Shown: positions 1 through 11,850, numbered from the stretch's first letter. The stretch is DNA of 35,353 bases from Octopus bimaculoides (GCF_001194135.2 NC_068983.1:32086669-32122021), one strand, 5' to 3'. Made by a program: numbers and translations. The notes: generated from the letters alone by a model not told the origin.

Positions 1-286
1 CACACGAGGTTTTTCAAGCGAGATCGTTGCCGGTGTCCCTGGACTGGCTCTTGTGCGGGTGGCACATAAAAGACACCATTTCGAGCGTGGCCGTTTTCGT
101 GCGGGTGAAACGTAAAAGCACCCACTACACTCTCTGAGTGGTTGGCGTTAGGAAGGGCATCCAGCTGTAGAATCTCTGCCAAATTAGATTGGAGCCTGGT
201 GTTGCCATCCGGTTTCACCAGTCCTCAGTCAAATCATCCAACCCATGCTAGCATGGAAGGCGGACGTTAAACGATGATGATGATGA

Positions 287-290
<4 letters not shown>
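1..290 (+). mobile_element. 3' UTR/tail of an RTE-clade LINE, ending in (GAT)n and followed by (AT)n
   Basis: Ends ...CCAACCCATGCTAGCATGGAAGGCGGACGTTAAACGATGATGAT. It is nearly identical to 5692-5880, which lies downstream of an RTE ORF C-terminus across a gap. Confidence 0.85.
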
Positions 291-324
<34 letters not shown>

Positions 325-398
325 TGTGTGTGTCTATCTATTTATTTACATATGTGTGTGTTTGTATATATATATTCTTCAATTTTTATTTCTTTCAG

Positions 399-538
399 TT
401 TTCCTCTTCTATTTTGTGCCCGCGGCACTGTACAGTCTCTATAACAATCTTCAGTTTGTCAACCTGGTCAACTTTGATCCCACTACATATTACCTTTTGT
501 TGCAATTTCGAGTTGTTGTAACTGGAATATTATTTCAG
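399..538 (+). CDS. senju: Internal coding exon of an SLC35A-family nucleotide-sugar transporter (senju-like)
   Basis: Acceptor ttttatttctttcAG (397-398) and donor CAG|GTAAAC (539). Encodes FLFYFVPAALYSLYNNLQFVNLVNFDPTTYYLLLQFRVVVTGILFQ, which carries the SLC35A 'P..LY...NNL' motif. Its phase-0 donor joins the 2221 exon in frame. Confidence 0.92.
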
Positions 539-1508
539 GTAAACTTAATATATTCATTTTCTGTAAAGTCTACTCCTTTTAGGTAGAGTATATGATCAGG
601 TGGTTTTGGGTTCAGTCTCTCTCCCTGTGTGTGTGAGTGTGTGAGTGTCTCCGTCTTGCTTACATGGAAAAATGGTTATTAAAATATTTATGATAAGTAC
701 TTTTCTACCATCCCCAACCTATTACTCTGTATCTACTATCATACCCTCATCCCTCCACCCATCTCGTTTCATCTTCTGTCATCACTCTTTCTACTTCTCA
801 CCTTTTTAGTCTGTTATACCTTGAGCAAACAAGCCGACCAGAGAGTACTGAGGACTCTAGTACTGAGTACTTGTACATTCTAAGACACCAGGATAAAAGA
901 CAATCTTCATTATAATCATCATCACCCACTTTCCATGTTGGCATGGGTTTTATTAAAAGATATATATATATAGAAATAAAGAAGATCTGAAATTAATGTA
1001 ATTAAATGTTAAATATATTGACTATCAAAATGTTGTTAAAGGAGTATTGGTATTTATTTGATCAAACATGGTTATCTATTTGTAAGTTGAAAGGATTTAT
1101 AGTATTTTGTAAGTTTGATAAGATTTAATATCTATTAGAGGGGATTATTTCAAAATATCTACTAAGCAGCTTTAGTTCAGTAACTGAAAATTTATATAAT
1201 TTGCACACACACGCATGCACATATTTATATATACATGTATATATATATATATGCATACACATACATTCACCATCATCGCTTTCACATCCACTTTTAACAT
1301 GCTTGCATGGTCTGGATGCCCTTCCTATTGCCACCTCTCCTGTTTCCAAACAAGTTAATATTTCCTCATGGCCAGACATATTTTTGCATAATATTGAAAC
1401 AATAGCATTGCTTGTATGACTGACTCTCATTTATAACTATATGCAATGTCAAGACAAGGAGACATAAACATATGCACTCTAACATACACATATATGCAGA
1501 TATATATA

Positions 1509-2003
1509 GCCCATTTAAGAGTACCCTTCAATCATTGGGCAATAAAATGTGCTTGCGAAGACCTGTTGAGGCAAGTGAAGTCATTGTTATGGCCGATGAC
1601 AGTACCGCCTGATTGGCACCCATGCTGGTGGCGTGTAAAAAGTACCATTTGAGCGTGGTCGATGCCAGTGCTACCTGACTGGTCCCGTGCCAGTGGCACG
1701 TAAAAAGCACCATTCAAGCATGATTGTTGCCAGTGCTGCCTGACTGGCTCTCATGCCAGTGGCACGTAAAAAGCACCATTCAAGCGTGGCCGATGCCAGT
1801 ACCGCCTTTCTGGCCCTCGTGCTGGTGGTACGTAAAAAGCACCCACTACACTCTCAGAGTAGTTGGTGTTAGGAAGGGCATCCAGCTGTAGAAACATTGC
1901 CAGATTGGATTGGAGCCTGGTGCAGCCTCCTGGCTTGCCAGCCCTCAGTCAAACTGTCCAACCCATGCCAGCATGGAAAGCGGATATTAAACGATGATGA
2001 TGA
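1509..2003 (+). mobile_element. RTE LINE 3' UTR copy with a 65-66 bp internal tandem repeat, inside the transporter intron
   Basis: Matches the post-ORF part of the RTE at 23365-23690. Anchor GTAAAAAG(C/T)ACC occurs at 1635, 1700, 1766 and 1832. Ends in a (GAT)n tail. Confidence 0.85.
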
Positions 2004-2039
2004 TACAAATATATAAATACATACATACATGATGTATTT

Positions 2040-2155
2040 CCATCTACCAAATCCACTGACAAGGCTTTAGTCAGCTCAAGAGTATAATAGAAGCTATTTC
2101 TCCTCGGTGTAGGACTGAACCCAAAACCATTTGGTTGGGAAGTAAACCTCTTAAC
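2040..2155 (-). mobile_element. Diverged head fragment of a tRNA-derived SINE
   Basis: The reverse complement resembles the SINE head at 27082-27240 (AACCAAATGGTTTTGGGTTCAGTCC...GACTAAAGCCTTGTCAGTGGATTTGGTAGA). Confidence 0.65.
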
Positions 2156-2220
2156 CTATCAACTACATCAGTTTGTAGATTTAGGATTTTACATTATCTC
2201 ATATTTCTCTCTTTTTTCAG

Positions 2221-2928
2221 ATTCTCTTCAACAAACGTCTTAGGTGTATTCAATGGGTATCTGTCATTCTACTCACTATTGGATGTCTTATCAAAGAACT
2301 CGGTCATGTGAAAGTTATGACTGTAGCATCATCACCAGCCACTACTGTTTTGACTGCCGCAAGCACAAATGTCAGGAAAAATGTAAACATGACTTCACAA
2401 TTTGGCTTTTCTATATTCCTCATCATGATCCAAGTGTTCTCTTCCTGTTTTGCTGGTGTCTACAATGAGTATCTGCTGAAAGACAAAGCATGCAATGTGC
2501 ATATCATGGTGCAAAATATTTTCATGTATATTCAGTCAATAATATGCAATGGTGCTCTGCTCATATTTCGAGGGGAGCTAGTCAATTCTTTAACACTGAA
2601 CAGTCTGATGTCTGTTTTCCAGGTGAAAGTAATGTTGATTATGTTAAACAATGCGTCAATTGGCATTGTGGTCAGCTTGTTCTTACATTCTCTAAACTCT
2701 ATTCTGAAAACTTTTGCGAGTGCTTTAGAACTTGTTTTCACAGCCATTCTCTGTTGGATCATTTTCAACATTCCCATTGACATTTATACGTTTGGCTCTA
2801 TCTTCATTGTTACTGCTGCTACATTTATGTATGCACTAAATCCAGTTGTTAACCGTCCAAAGAACACTATAGAAAAAGAACTCCAGCTCACTGTTGATGA
2901 AAAAACTCGAAATAGCCAACCAGTTTAA
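2221..2928 (+). CDS. senju: Terminal coding exon (708 nt) of the SLC35A-family nucleotide-sugar transporter (senju-like, putative UDP-galactose transporter)
   Basis: Acceptor tctcttttttcAG at 2219-2220. The frame reads ILFNKRLRCIQWVSVILLTIGCLIK...FAGVYNEYLLK...QNIFMY...NNASIGIVVSLFLHSLNSILKTFASALEL...NSQPV* and has multiple hydrophobic segments. The family call is firm; the senju orthology is from memory. Confidence 0.92.
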   Translation: MLFNKRLRCIQWVSVILLTIGCLIKELGHVKVMTVASSPATTVLTAASTNVRKNVNMTSQFGFSIFLIMIQVFSSCFAGVYNEYLLKDKACNVHIMVQNIFMYIQSIICNGALLIFRGELVNSLTLNSLMSVFQVKVMLIMLNNASIGIVVSLFLHSLNSILKTFASALELVFTAILCWIIFNIPIDIYTFGSIFIVTAATFMYALNPVVNRPKNTIEKELQLTVDEKTRNSQPV

Positions 2929-2940
2929 TTTGTGTGGTTT

Positions 2941-3085
2941 GAAGGTGATAGATTGAAGAATTGGTTGAGTGTCAGATGAATGCTTGCAGTATTTAGTCAT
3001 GTTTTGAGTTCAAATCCTGCTGAGGTCAACTTTGCCTTTTATTCTTCAGGGAGTCGATAAAATATGTACCAGTCAAGTTTGGTGT
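2941..3085 (+). mobile_element. tRNA-derived SINE with a Meta-domain-like core, starting 12 bp after the transporter stop codon
   Basis: B-box GAGTTCAAATCC is followed by GAGGTCAACTTTGCCTTTTATTCTT...GTCGATAAAATATGTACCAG. Similar copies lie at 21185-21825 and 33850-33931. The Meta-domain assignment is from recall. Confidence 0.65.
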
Positions 3086-4419
3086 GGTTTTTTTGTCTGT
3101 TTTAGATATCTATATTTATATAGTTTGGAGTGAAAAAGGAAAATTTGAAATAAGTGGTAAAAACAAATTCAACAAAGAGTCTTGTGTGTATGTGTTTATA
3201 TGTATTTGGTTAAGGAGGTATGGTTAAGACGTTCACTTCTCAACCACATGGTTCTTGATTTGGTGTCATTGAGTAGCACTTCTTTAAGTGCCTTTTTTGC
3301 ATAGCATCAGTTTGCTAAATGTTCTGTGAAGAGTTCTTTAAATGGCAACAGTCTGGAAGCCTCTTGTGTGTGTGTGCACACGGGCACGACATTGAGAAGT
3401 TTGTTTTCCAAGTACTTGGTTTTGTATTCAGTCCAACATCATGGCACCTTGGGCCAGTGTCTTTTACTGTAGCCCCTGAACTGACCAGATATATGTGTCG
3501 ACTTGTCTTGACATCACATGACAGTTGTAAATGACCATCACCATCTTACCCGCAATGTCCTTCATTTTCAGTCTTCAGTGAAAATGTGTCTTGCCATGGA
3601 GAAACATTACCTCACAAGGTGTTGCTGAAAGGAAGGATGTGGCTTTAAAAAATCTGCCTCAACAAATTCCATCTCATCTATACAAGCATGGAAAAGTGGA
3701 AATTAAACAATGATAATGGTCATGGTACATATATTATTGGGAAGATTGGAAAACTCAGTGTTTTGCTGTTTCATCTCAGACAGAACTCTTCAGATTGAGG
3801 ATTAACACATAGGATAAAACACTGAAGATTTCTATAGTCAGGATAAAATTGTTATATTAAAAATGTTTTGGGCAGTTTCTCTAATTGAAACAGTTGTGCA
3901 AGCTACAATATACATGTGTGTATGTGTGTGTTCATTTCTTTCAAATTCATTTTTCTATGTTAGTCTTGGTTAGACAGGGAAGTATTTAAAGCAGCATTTT
4001 TAGAGTTGGATGCACTTTCTCTCACCAGCCCTTACCTGTTTTTAAAGGAAGGGCCTTTTTTTTTCTACAGGAATTTGAAAGTGCAAAGCTAGGAGACAAT
4101 TTTTAACAGGAAATGTCACCCATTGCAGCCCAACTATAAATGGTGATATCACTGTTTGTAGAGTGACTTTTCAGCACAGATTGTCAGTATTCACACTAAT
4201 GTGTGTATATATATATATATACATATATATGAGAGGAAGGTCGTTCAGCTACAGAAATCATGCCAAAGTAGAAAATTGAGCATGATGCAGTCCATGGACA
4301 CACTAGGTTCTGTCAAACCATCCAACACAAGCCAACATTGAACAAAGACATTAAATAATAATGATAATGATAGGATGCTCCTACTGCTGTTGGCAACAAA
4401 GGTTTTGTCTGTCAGAATG

Positions 4420-4770
4420 AAGGGTAGATTATATGATGCTACCTGGTAACAAGACATGGGTCTTGAATGCAGCATGCTCCATTAGATGTGCAATGTGTGC
4501 ATGAATGTAACAGTATAAATGTGCGGAGAGAAAAACTGAGGAATCATGTTGTGTGCAAGTAAGGACATGTGATTTGTATGGATGAGGACAGCAAGTACCA
4601 TTCACTTAATGTGGATGGAACTTGGTGAAGAGAAAGACCTAGGAGGCATGAGCTGAAGTTGTAAATGTTGATCTCAGGACCTTGAGCCTCAACAGAAGAA
4701 ATGACACAGGACTTGGATGACGGGCAATATGCAGTTCTCAAGAAGGCTCACTCAGCAACATTGAGCTTCT
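4420..4770 (+). mobile_element. Heavily decayed RTE ORF C-terminal remnant
   Basis: Contains TGTATGGATGAGGACAGC, ACCTAGGAGG and ACAGAAGAAATGACACAGGAC...GCAGTTCTCAAGAAGGCTCACT, which are collinear with the RTE at 5017-5368. Confidence 0.6.
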
Positions 4771-5016
4771 GGAAGCACTGTGTGTTCATATATATGCACA
4801 ACTGGGCCATTCATCCTGTTTTCTCTTCAAGACACACCTACCACCCATTTCTCTAGTTGTAGCTTTTCCTTGATACCACTTATCTTTCTCACTACTCAGA
4901 ACCATTTCATTTGATATCCATCCTTCATCCTTAATACTGTCCTCTCTACTCACATTTTACACTGAACCACCACCAATCACACACACACACGTGTGTGTGT
5001 GTATATATATATATAT

Positions 5017-5880
5017 GTACGTAAGCTCGCAAGGAATGAAGCCAGTATGCTCCGTTGGATGTGTAATGTCAATGTGAATACCCGTCAGAGTGTAAGTATC
5101 TTGAGAGAAAAGCTGAACATTAGAAGCATCAGTTGTGGCGTGCAAGAGAGACGATTGCGCTGGTATGGACATGTGGTGAGAATGGATGAGGATAGCTGCG
5201 TGAAAAAGTGCCACACCCTAACAGTTGAGGGAACCTGTGGAAGAGGTAGGCCCAGGAAGACCTGGGCTGAGGTGGTGAGGCAAGACCTTCGTACATTGGG
5301 CCTCACCGAGGCGATGACTACGGACCGAGACCTTTGGAAATGTGCTGTGCATGAGAAGACCCGGCAAGNNNNNNNNNNNNNNNNNNNNNNNNNNNNNNNN
5401 NNNNNNNNNNNNNNNNNNNNNNNNNNNNNNNNNNNNNNNNNNNNNNNNNNNNNNNNNNNNNNNNNNNNNNNNNNNNNNNNNNNNNNNNNNNNNNNNNNNN
5501 NNNNNNNNNNNNNNNNNNNNNNNNNNNNNNNNNNNNNNNNNNNNNNNNNNNNNNNNNNNNNNNNNNNNNNNNNNNNNNNNNNNNNNNNNNNNNNNNNNNN
5601 NNNNNNNNNNNNNNNNNNNNNNNNNNNNNNNNNNNNNNNNNNNNNNNNNNNNNNNNNNNNNNNNNNNNNNNNNNNNNNNNNNNNNNNNNNNGTGCGGGTG
5701 ACACGTAAAAGCACCCACTACACTCTCTGAGTGGTTGGCGTTAGGAAGGGCATCCAGCTGTAGAAACTCTGCCAAATCAGACTGGAGCCTGGTGTTGCCA
5801 TCCGGTTTCACCAGTCCTCAGTCAAATCGTCCAACCCATGCTAGCATGGAAAGCGGACGTTAAACGATGATGATGATGAT
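5017..5880 (+). mobile_element. 5'-truncated, apparently young RTE LINE (ORF C-terminus, gap, 3' UTR), flanked by (TA)n on both sides
   Basis: The open frame RKLARNEASMLRWMCNV...VQERRLRWYGHVVRMDEDSCVKKC...GRGRPRKTWAEVVRQDL...DRDLWK is a typical RTE C-terminus. The (GAT)n tail is at ~5866-5880. Confidence 0.9.
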
Positions 5881-6222
5881 ATATATATATATATATATAT
5901 GGAAATACCCATGTGCATCATTGTGTATATATATAAACACACACATGGTTGCGTGTCCATGTGGAAATGTGTATATATGTGAACCTCATCATTCCAAACC
6001 AAGCAAAACTGGTATCTAAAGTAAAGAGAATATTAAAGAATAGAAAAGTAAGTCTCAATCTCTGTGTATATATGTATATGTATGTACAAGTGAGATGAGG
6101 ACCTCCAACCTCTCTAGGAGAGCAGTAACTCTCAGTAAGTGACTTGGATTATGATGACCTTTTCAATCCATAGCAACCTGAATGATGACATACAATGATA
6201 GTGATATGTCTATATGTTTGTG

Positions 6223-6261
<39 letters not shown>

Positions 6262-7450
6262 TAATACATGCATACCGGTGAACGTACCAACATGTGAGTA
6301 TATATATGTAAATGAGTTGTTATAGGATTTTAGTTGGTATATCTATCCAAATACTTTTGCCTACTACTTTTTTTTTTGTCAGTCTTTATTTATCAAATGG
6401 CTCAGTCTACCTCAGCATAAAGGATGTAACTCTATAGAAAAGATGGTGTATTTTTTTTTTGTTTGGCACAATTTATCAGAAATCCCTTGCCACTACATAC
6501 ACAGCGTGAGAAATATGTAAGAAAGATAGAACAGGTTAGGAGGAGGGAAGGAGAAAGAGTGTGTGTGTGTGTGTGTGTGTGTAAGAGAAGAGTGAGGTTG
6601 AGTGCATTGAATAAAAGGGAAGTTGGTATTGATTTCTGGAGTAAATCTGTTGTTAAACTTTCTGATGTTAAAATTGAATTAAAATATCATAAGCTATTTA
6701 TTTCTTGATTCACAAATATTGTTCATTCTCTGTCATGTTTCAATTGACATTTGAAGCTGTTTCATTTTCACTTACATAGCTAATTTCTTCAAGAAAGAAA
6801 TATTTGTTATAACATCTTGTTTCTGCCAATAATTGGGGAGCCTTTTCCCTAATGAGGTCAATATTTTCATTAATGCTGTATGTATTCTTGCTAACCCTAG
6901 CTGTCCTAATCATTGCACATACAGCCATCTCAAACATCGCTATAACATTTATTTCATACTAACAACTCTGTGCCTTATAAAAAGTAAACATATAAGATAT
7001 GAGCTGACCTCTGAACTGGAACATCAATATGATCCTATCACTTTTATTATTATCATTACTAATATCTTCATTATTGTTTTTATTATTGTCATTATTATTA
7101 TCGTTATCATTGTTATCATCATCATTATTCTTAATATTATACTATCATTGTCATTATTATTATTATTATCATCATCATCATTATTAATATTATTACAACT
7201 AAATTGTTACTTTAGTCTTTTTCGTAGTAGTACAAATATTTAATTAAATATACATGTATCTTTGAATTTTGAGAGTAGAAAATCTTATGAAACATCTTAT
7301 CATCCATAATTTTGTTTTGTTTTTTTTTTTGTTTTTTTTTCTTAGAAAGAGAAGGAAAACTGTAGTAAATTCTTTTCATTTCCCTTTGACCTAATGTTGA
7401 CTTTTGCTTAGTTCTATAACTAATTTTTGTGTTGATTTTGCTCTCACACA

Positions 7451-8030
7451 TCTAATATAATAAATGTGAAAACTAATTTCTGTGTGTAAGTGTGTCACAC
7501 TTACACCCCCTCTCTCACTATTCAATAACACTCCTACTATTCCTCATGATGGGGTGAGAGTAATAGTAGGCATGGAGACGGTGAGGGCAGTGGCAAGGAT
7601 AGAGAGAGAAAGAGAGACAAAGAAATTTAGGGAGAGTTGATGATGTTTTATTAAAAGTAGTAGTGTTGATGGTGACAGTGGGAGTAATAATAAGAGAAAG
7701 AGAAAGCATGGGTATGTGAGAGAAAGGGACTGAACACTGAACCAGCATGCTGAAGTAACATACTGAAAAAACACACACATTTAGCCCTTTTGTGAAGGTA
7801 ATGGGGTGATAGTAATAGTATGAGCTGTAGTTGTGATAGAGGCGGAGGCGGCGGTGATGATGGTGGTGGTGAGAGTAAGGGATGTGAAAGATAGTGGTGA
7901 TGGTGGTGGAGGGAAAGGCAGCGAAATCAAAGGTATTGATGGTGGTGGCATCAGAAGTCTGAATGGTGTGTGTATGGTAGTTGTGGTGGTGATGGTGATG
8001 ATTGAAAACAATTAACAGAAAAAAAGAAAG
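7451..8030 (+). mobile_element. Possible non-autonomous Helitron-like fragment (5' end plus purine-rich low-complexity body)
   Basis: Starts A|TCTAATATAATAAATGTGAAA, resembling Helitron 5'-TC ends and the element at 35001. No CTRR 3' end was found. Confidence 0.35.
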
Positions 8031-8257
8031 AGGTTAGATAGAAAAAAATTGTACTGAGCCCCAAATGGGAAGACAAAAACTGTTGTTTATCATACAGCTT
8101 TGCAATAAGTTCCAAGTTGACAAATTATATTGTTTTGATGAAAATTGTTCATTGCTTGAAAAATATTGGTCAAGTTTAATAAAATTTGATATGTACTCAA
8201 TGCATGAAGTGTCATTGTTGGGCCCAAGGCCCAATGAAGAGCCCTCCACAGGAGCTA

Positions 8258-8291
8258 GCTTAAAAGCCACCTGATAGGGCGGCTTTTAAGC
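8258..8291. repeat. 14-bp inverted repeat (hairpin) with a 6-nt loop
   Basis: GCTTAAAAGCCACC-TGATAG-GGCGGCTTTTAAGC; 13 of 14 positions pair. Confidence 0.85.
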
Positions 8292-8446
8292 AAGTACATT
8301 TTATTTACATTCAAGTCTGCTGTTTTAGGTGCTTCTAAAAATTCTTTTCCATAATGTTTAATATTTTTGCTTAACTCTATGCTGTTTAAACCAAGGGATG
8401 ATTTTTTAAAAAATTGACTGATATTTTTTTAATTGAACATTTGTCT

Positions 8447-8507
<61 letters not shown>

Positions 8508-9195
8508 GTATGAAGTTGTGCATATATTACTTCAGTCAAATTAAATATATGCTCTAAGACCAGTACTAATTTGTCCATTGGTGAAACTTTAATACCTACA
8601 GATGATGATGATGATGATGATGATGATGATAATGGTAAATTTTACTTCAGTTCAGCTTCACTGCTCACTGAATCAATCCCTCTGTACAAAACTCCGATTC
8701 AGTTTTTTAACTCTTCAATTGAAAACAAAATATTTAAACCATTCGATTTTGGTGCTACCCTAACACACGAAAGTCAAAGCTAAAGTTGGTAGTCTGATGG
8801 TCTACATAATGTCATTGGTACTATGCTGTTGTCATGGTTAAGACATGTAATGCCATAATTTATTAAGCTATAAATAGGTACCACAGAAAGTAGAAATTAA
8901 CTTGTGACTGTTAACTCTCTAATCTGGGTTCAAATTCTGCTGGGTATTTATCTTGCAACGAGAAGAGCACTTTGACAAAATAACTTGTTCTAGGAACACC
9001 ATATGAAGACAAGATCTATTGTGTAGTGCCATTGTAACTCAATGACTTGTCGGAAGACTCCTCCAATACAAACATACACATAAATATTGTCAGTTTTAAC
9101 ACTAAATTACAGTGTCCATCTTAACATAAAATCACTGTTGATTCAATACACATACATTCAGTCAAACTGTAATTACTTTTTAATTGATAATTTTA

Positions 9196-9478
9196 CAATG
9201 GGACCTCAGTTTACGAATTTAATTCATTCTTGAAGGCCATTTGTCACCTGAAACGTTCCTGGACCAAAACTATTTTTCCCATTGGGAATTCAAGAGAAGG
9301 CATGATGAATTCAAGCAGGGATGTATACTGAATGAAATCTCTCCCAGCTTGTCATCATTGTTGCTGGTTTGCATGTTCATTACTTGAGACACCGTTTGTC
9401 ACCCAAAATGTTTTAGGTTAAAAAAATTGTTTGTAAACCAATTTGTTAGTGATGAATGACATTCATAAACTGAGGTTC

Positions 9479-9483
<5 letters not shown>
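9196..9483. mobile_element. Tigger/pogo-type (Tc1/mariner superfamily) MITE, 288 bp
   Basis: TIRs CAATGGGACCTCAGTTTACGAAT and reverse-complement TAGTGGAACCTCAGTTTATGAAT match at 19/23. TA flanks at 9194-9195 and 9484-9485, the right one running into (TA)n. Confidence 0.85.
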
Positions 9484-9520
<37 letters not shown>

Positions 9521-10382
9521 TCATATATATTGTTTCTTCAATGTTACCATATTGCTTTTGGAAATCTATTACGCTATTAGAAACTAGAGAGTTTCATAAC
9601 ATAATTTAAAAAGGAATAAAGGCTTATATTTTGTTTATATTTCTTTTTTGTTGGTTGAGTTGGTTATCCTCTAAGTCACAAAGACTTCTATATATTCTGG
9701 CACTAAGACACTTTTGTTTCTTAATTCTCTCAGCTTTAAAATGTATTTACTGTTTTATTGTGTGCAGAAATATTTCCAAGCTAATAAATTTCCTGAGAAT
9801 TAGTTAGCATTATTTGTAGGAATGAAGTGCAAACAGCTCCACAGGTATAGTAGTCTTCCACAATACAGTTTGACAGTGGTACTAATATTAATAAAAAGAC
9901 TTCTTACATTAGGACTAGGCCCTGCTAAATTTATAGAAGAAAAATATAGTTGATTGATTGACACCAAATATGTGAGTGATACTTATTTCATCAGCTGTAG
10001 AGAAATGAAGAGATATTAGCTAATAAAAAATTGATTAACTCCCACGATGAACGTAATATTAAATGCAGACATAAATAAATTAGTTATCTAAACTTATTAT
10101 ATAAGTAATTTAATTTATTTAAACCTAGGATTAGGTACCAACTTATAGTTATGATCAGTAGCATAAAATACATCAAATTAGCTTTAGAATACACTTTATT
10201 CATCACAATATTATACAAAATTGGAACATATAACTACCTTTACTTTAAGTATTCAACGATAATATGAGCAGTCTTTTACAATGTTCCATAACATTATTTA
10301 AGTAATATATAACTTTTGTATTTGATATCGTTATTATTCTGCGTAAATCTGAGAGTTTTAAGTATTTTTGTGTGTATATATA

Positions 10383-10448
<66 letters not shown>

Positions 10449-10458
10449 NNNNNNNNNN

Positions 10459-10965
10459 GTGAATCTGCTGGGAATTGCTTCTCTATGTTTATCTACCCAG
10501 TATTTGATCGCCTTTATTCCTAAATCATGTGGGATATTGGTGTACAGGCTTACTAGATCAAAGCTTAGTAGAATTGAATTTGTTTCAGTGGTTTTGGGAA
10601 GATGGGATAGAAAGTCAATGTCATCCCGAATGAAGCTGGGTATGTAGGTACATAGTGATTTCAAAATAATGTCGATAAAATTGCTTAGACAGTGAGTAGG
10701 GTATGCTGGGACAGCTATAATTGGTCTAAGTTTTAAATCTTTTGGATATAGCACTTTTATGTATTCACTTCCTTGTTCTTTTACTGCCTGTTGAATATCT
10801 TTTGACTTATGTATTTTGGGTAAGCTGTAAAAGTTATTGGGTTTTGGCTCGAAATTGGTGATGTAGTCTCTTTCGTTGTCAGTTAGTGAGTTGTAGTGTT
10901 TAGAAATCAGGTGGTTGATCTTCTTCTCGAAGCAATTGCCAACAGATTCACGGTGATATTTATAT
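10459..10965 (-). mobile_element. Penelope-like element reverse transcriptase fragment (uninterrupted frame of ~169 codons)
   Basis: Reads FYSLPKIHKSK...LKLRPIIAVP...IRDDIDFL...LLSFDLVSLYTNIPH, covering the PLE RT motifs pKiHK, RPI and FDxxSLYTNIP. Bounded by gaps and (TA)n. Confidence 0.88.
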
Positions 10966-11562
10966 TAGACTCATATATATATATATATATATATATANNN
11001 NNNNNNNNNNNNNNNNNNNNNNNNNNNNNNNNNNNNNNNNNNNNNNNNNNNNNNNNNNNNNNNNNNNNNNNNNNNNNNNNNNNNNNNNNNNNNNNNNNNN
11101 NNNNNNNNNNNNNNNNNNNNNNNNNNNNNNNNNNNNNNNNNNNNNNNNNNNNNNNNNNNNNNNNNNNNNNNNNNNNNNNNNNNNNNNNNNNNNNNNNNNN
11201 NNNNNNNNNNNNNNNNNNNNNNNNNNNNNNNNNNNNNNNNNNNNNNNNNNNNNNNNNNNNNNNNNNNNNNNNNNNNNNNNNNNNNNNNNNNNNNNNNNNN
11301 NNNNNNNNNNNNNNNNNNNNNNNNNNNNNNNNNNNNNNNNNNNNNNNNNNNNNNNNNNNNNNNNNNNNNNNNNNNNNNNNNNNNNNNNNNNNNNNNNNNN
11401 NNNNNNNNNNNNNNNNNNNNNNNNNNNNNNNNNNNNNNNNNNNNNNNNNNNNNNNNNNNNNNNNNNNNNNNNNNNNNNNNNNNNNNNNNNNNNNNNNNNN
11501 NNNNNNNNNNTGTGTGTGTGTGTATATATATATATGTGTGTGTGTGTGTGTATATATATATA

Positions 11563-11601
<39 letters not shown>

Positions 11602-11638
11602 GTACATATATATGTAAATATATCAATATGTGTGTGTG

Positions 11639-11687
<49 letters not shown>

Positions 11688-11699
11688 GTATTTTTCTCT

Positions 11700-11850
11700 C
11701 CATATTTTTTTCTCTCCTTGTTTCTTTCTGTGTTCCTTTCAGTTGAAGAGCGTAGGCTCGAAACGTTAAAGACTTTCTCTGTTCCCAAGCGTTAAACTAA
11801 TACATCCATTTGTTGTTTACACCACCTGTCTTTGTCTTGTTTTTTTCGTA
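11700..11850 (+). mobile_element. PLE pseudo-LTR-like terminal segment with a degenerate hammerhead-like core
   Basis: TTGAAGAG-CGTAGGCTC-GAAACGTT at 11743-11766, in a T-rich context typical of PLE 3' ends. Confidence 0.45.

Noticed and set aside
324-586. ORFs 324-521 and 326-586 as standalone genes
   Set aside because: Their starts lie in a (TG)n tract. Only 399-538 is a spliced exon of the transporter.
1635-1845. Regularly spaced 65-66 bp repeats resembling a CRISPR array (also at 24200-24540)
   Set aside because: The whole unit is homologous, so there are no unique spacers. It sits in an RTE 3' UTR in a eukaryotic context with no cas genes.
4993-5811. Long ORFs of 119-245 aa here, and similar ones at 10896-11795 and 31242-31631
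   Set aside because: Their length comes from N runs and (TA)n/(TG)n. Only the RTE portion is real coding-derived sequence.
6833-8015. Hydrophobic or low-complexity ORFs (poly-Ile, poly-Thr/Pro)
   Set aside because: They are translations of (ATT/ATC)n and (GGT)n simple repeats, with no splice or homology support.
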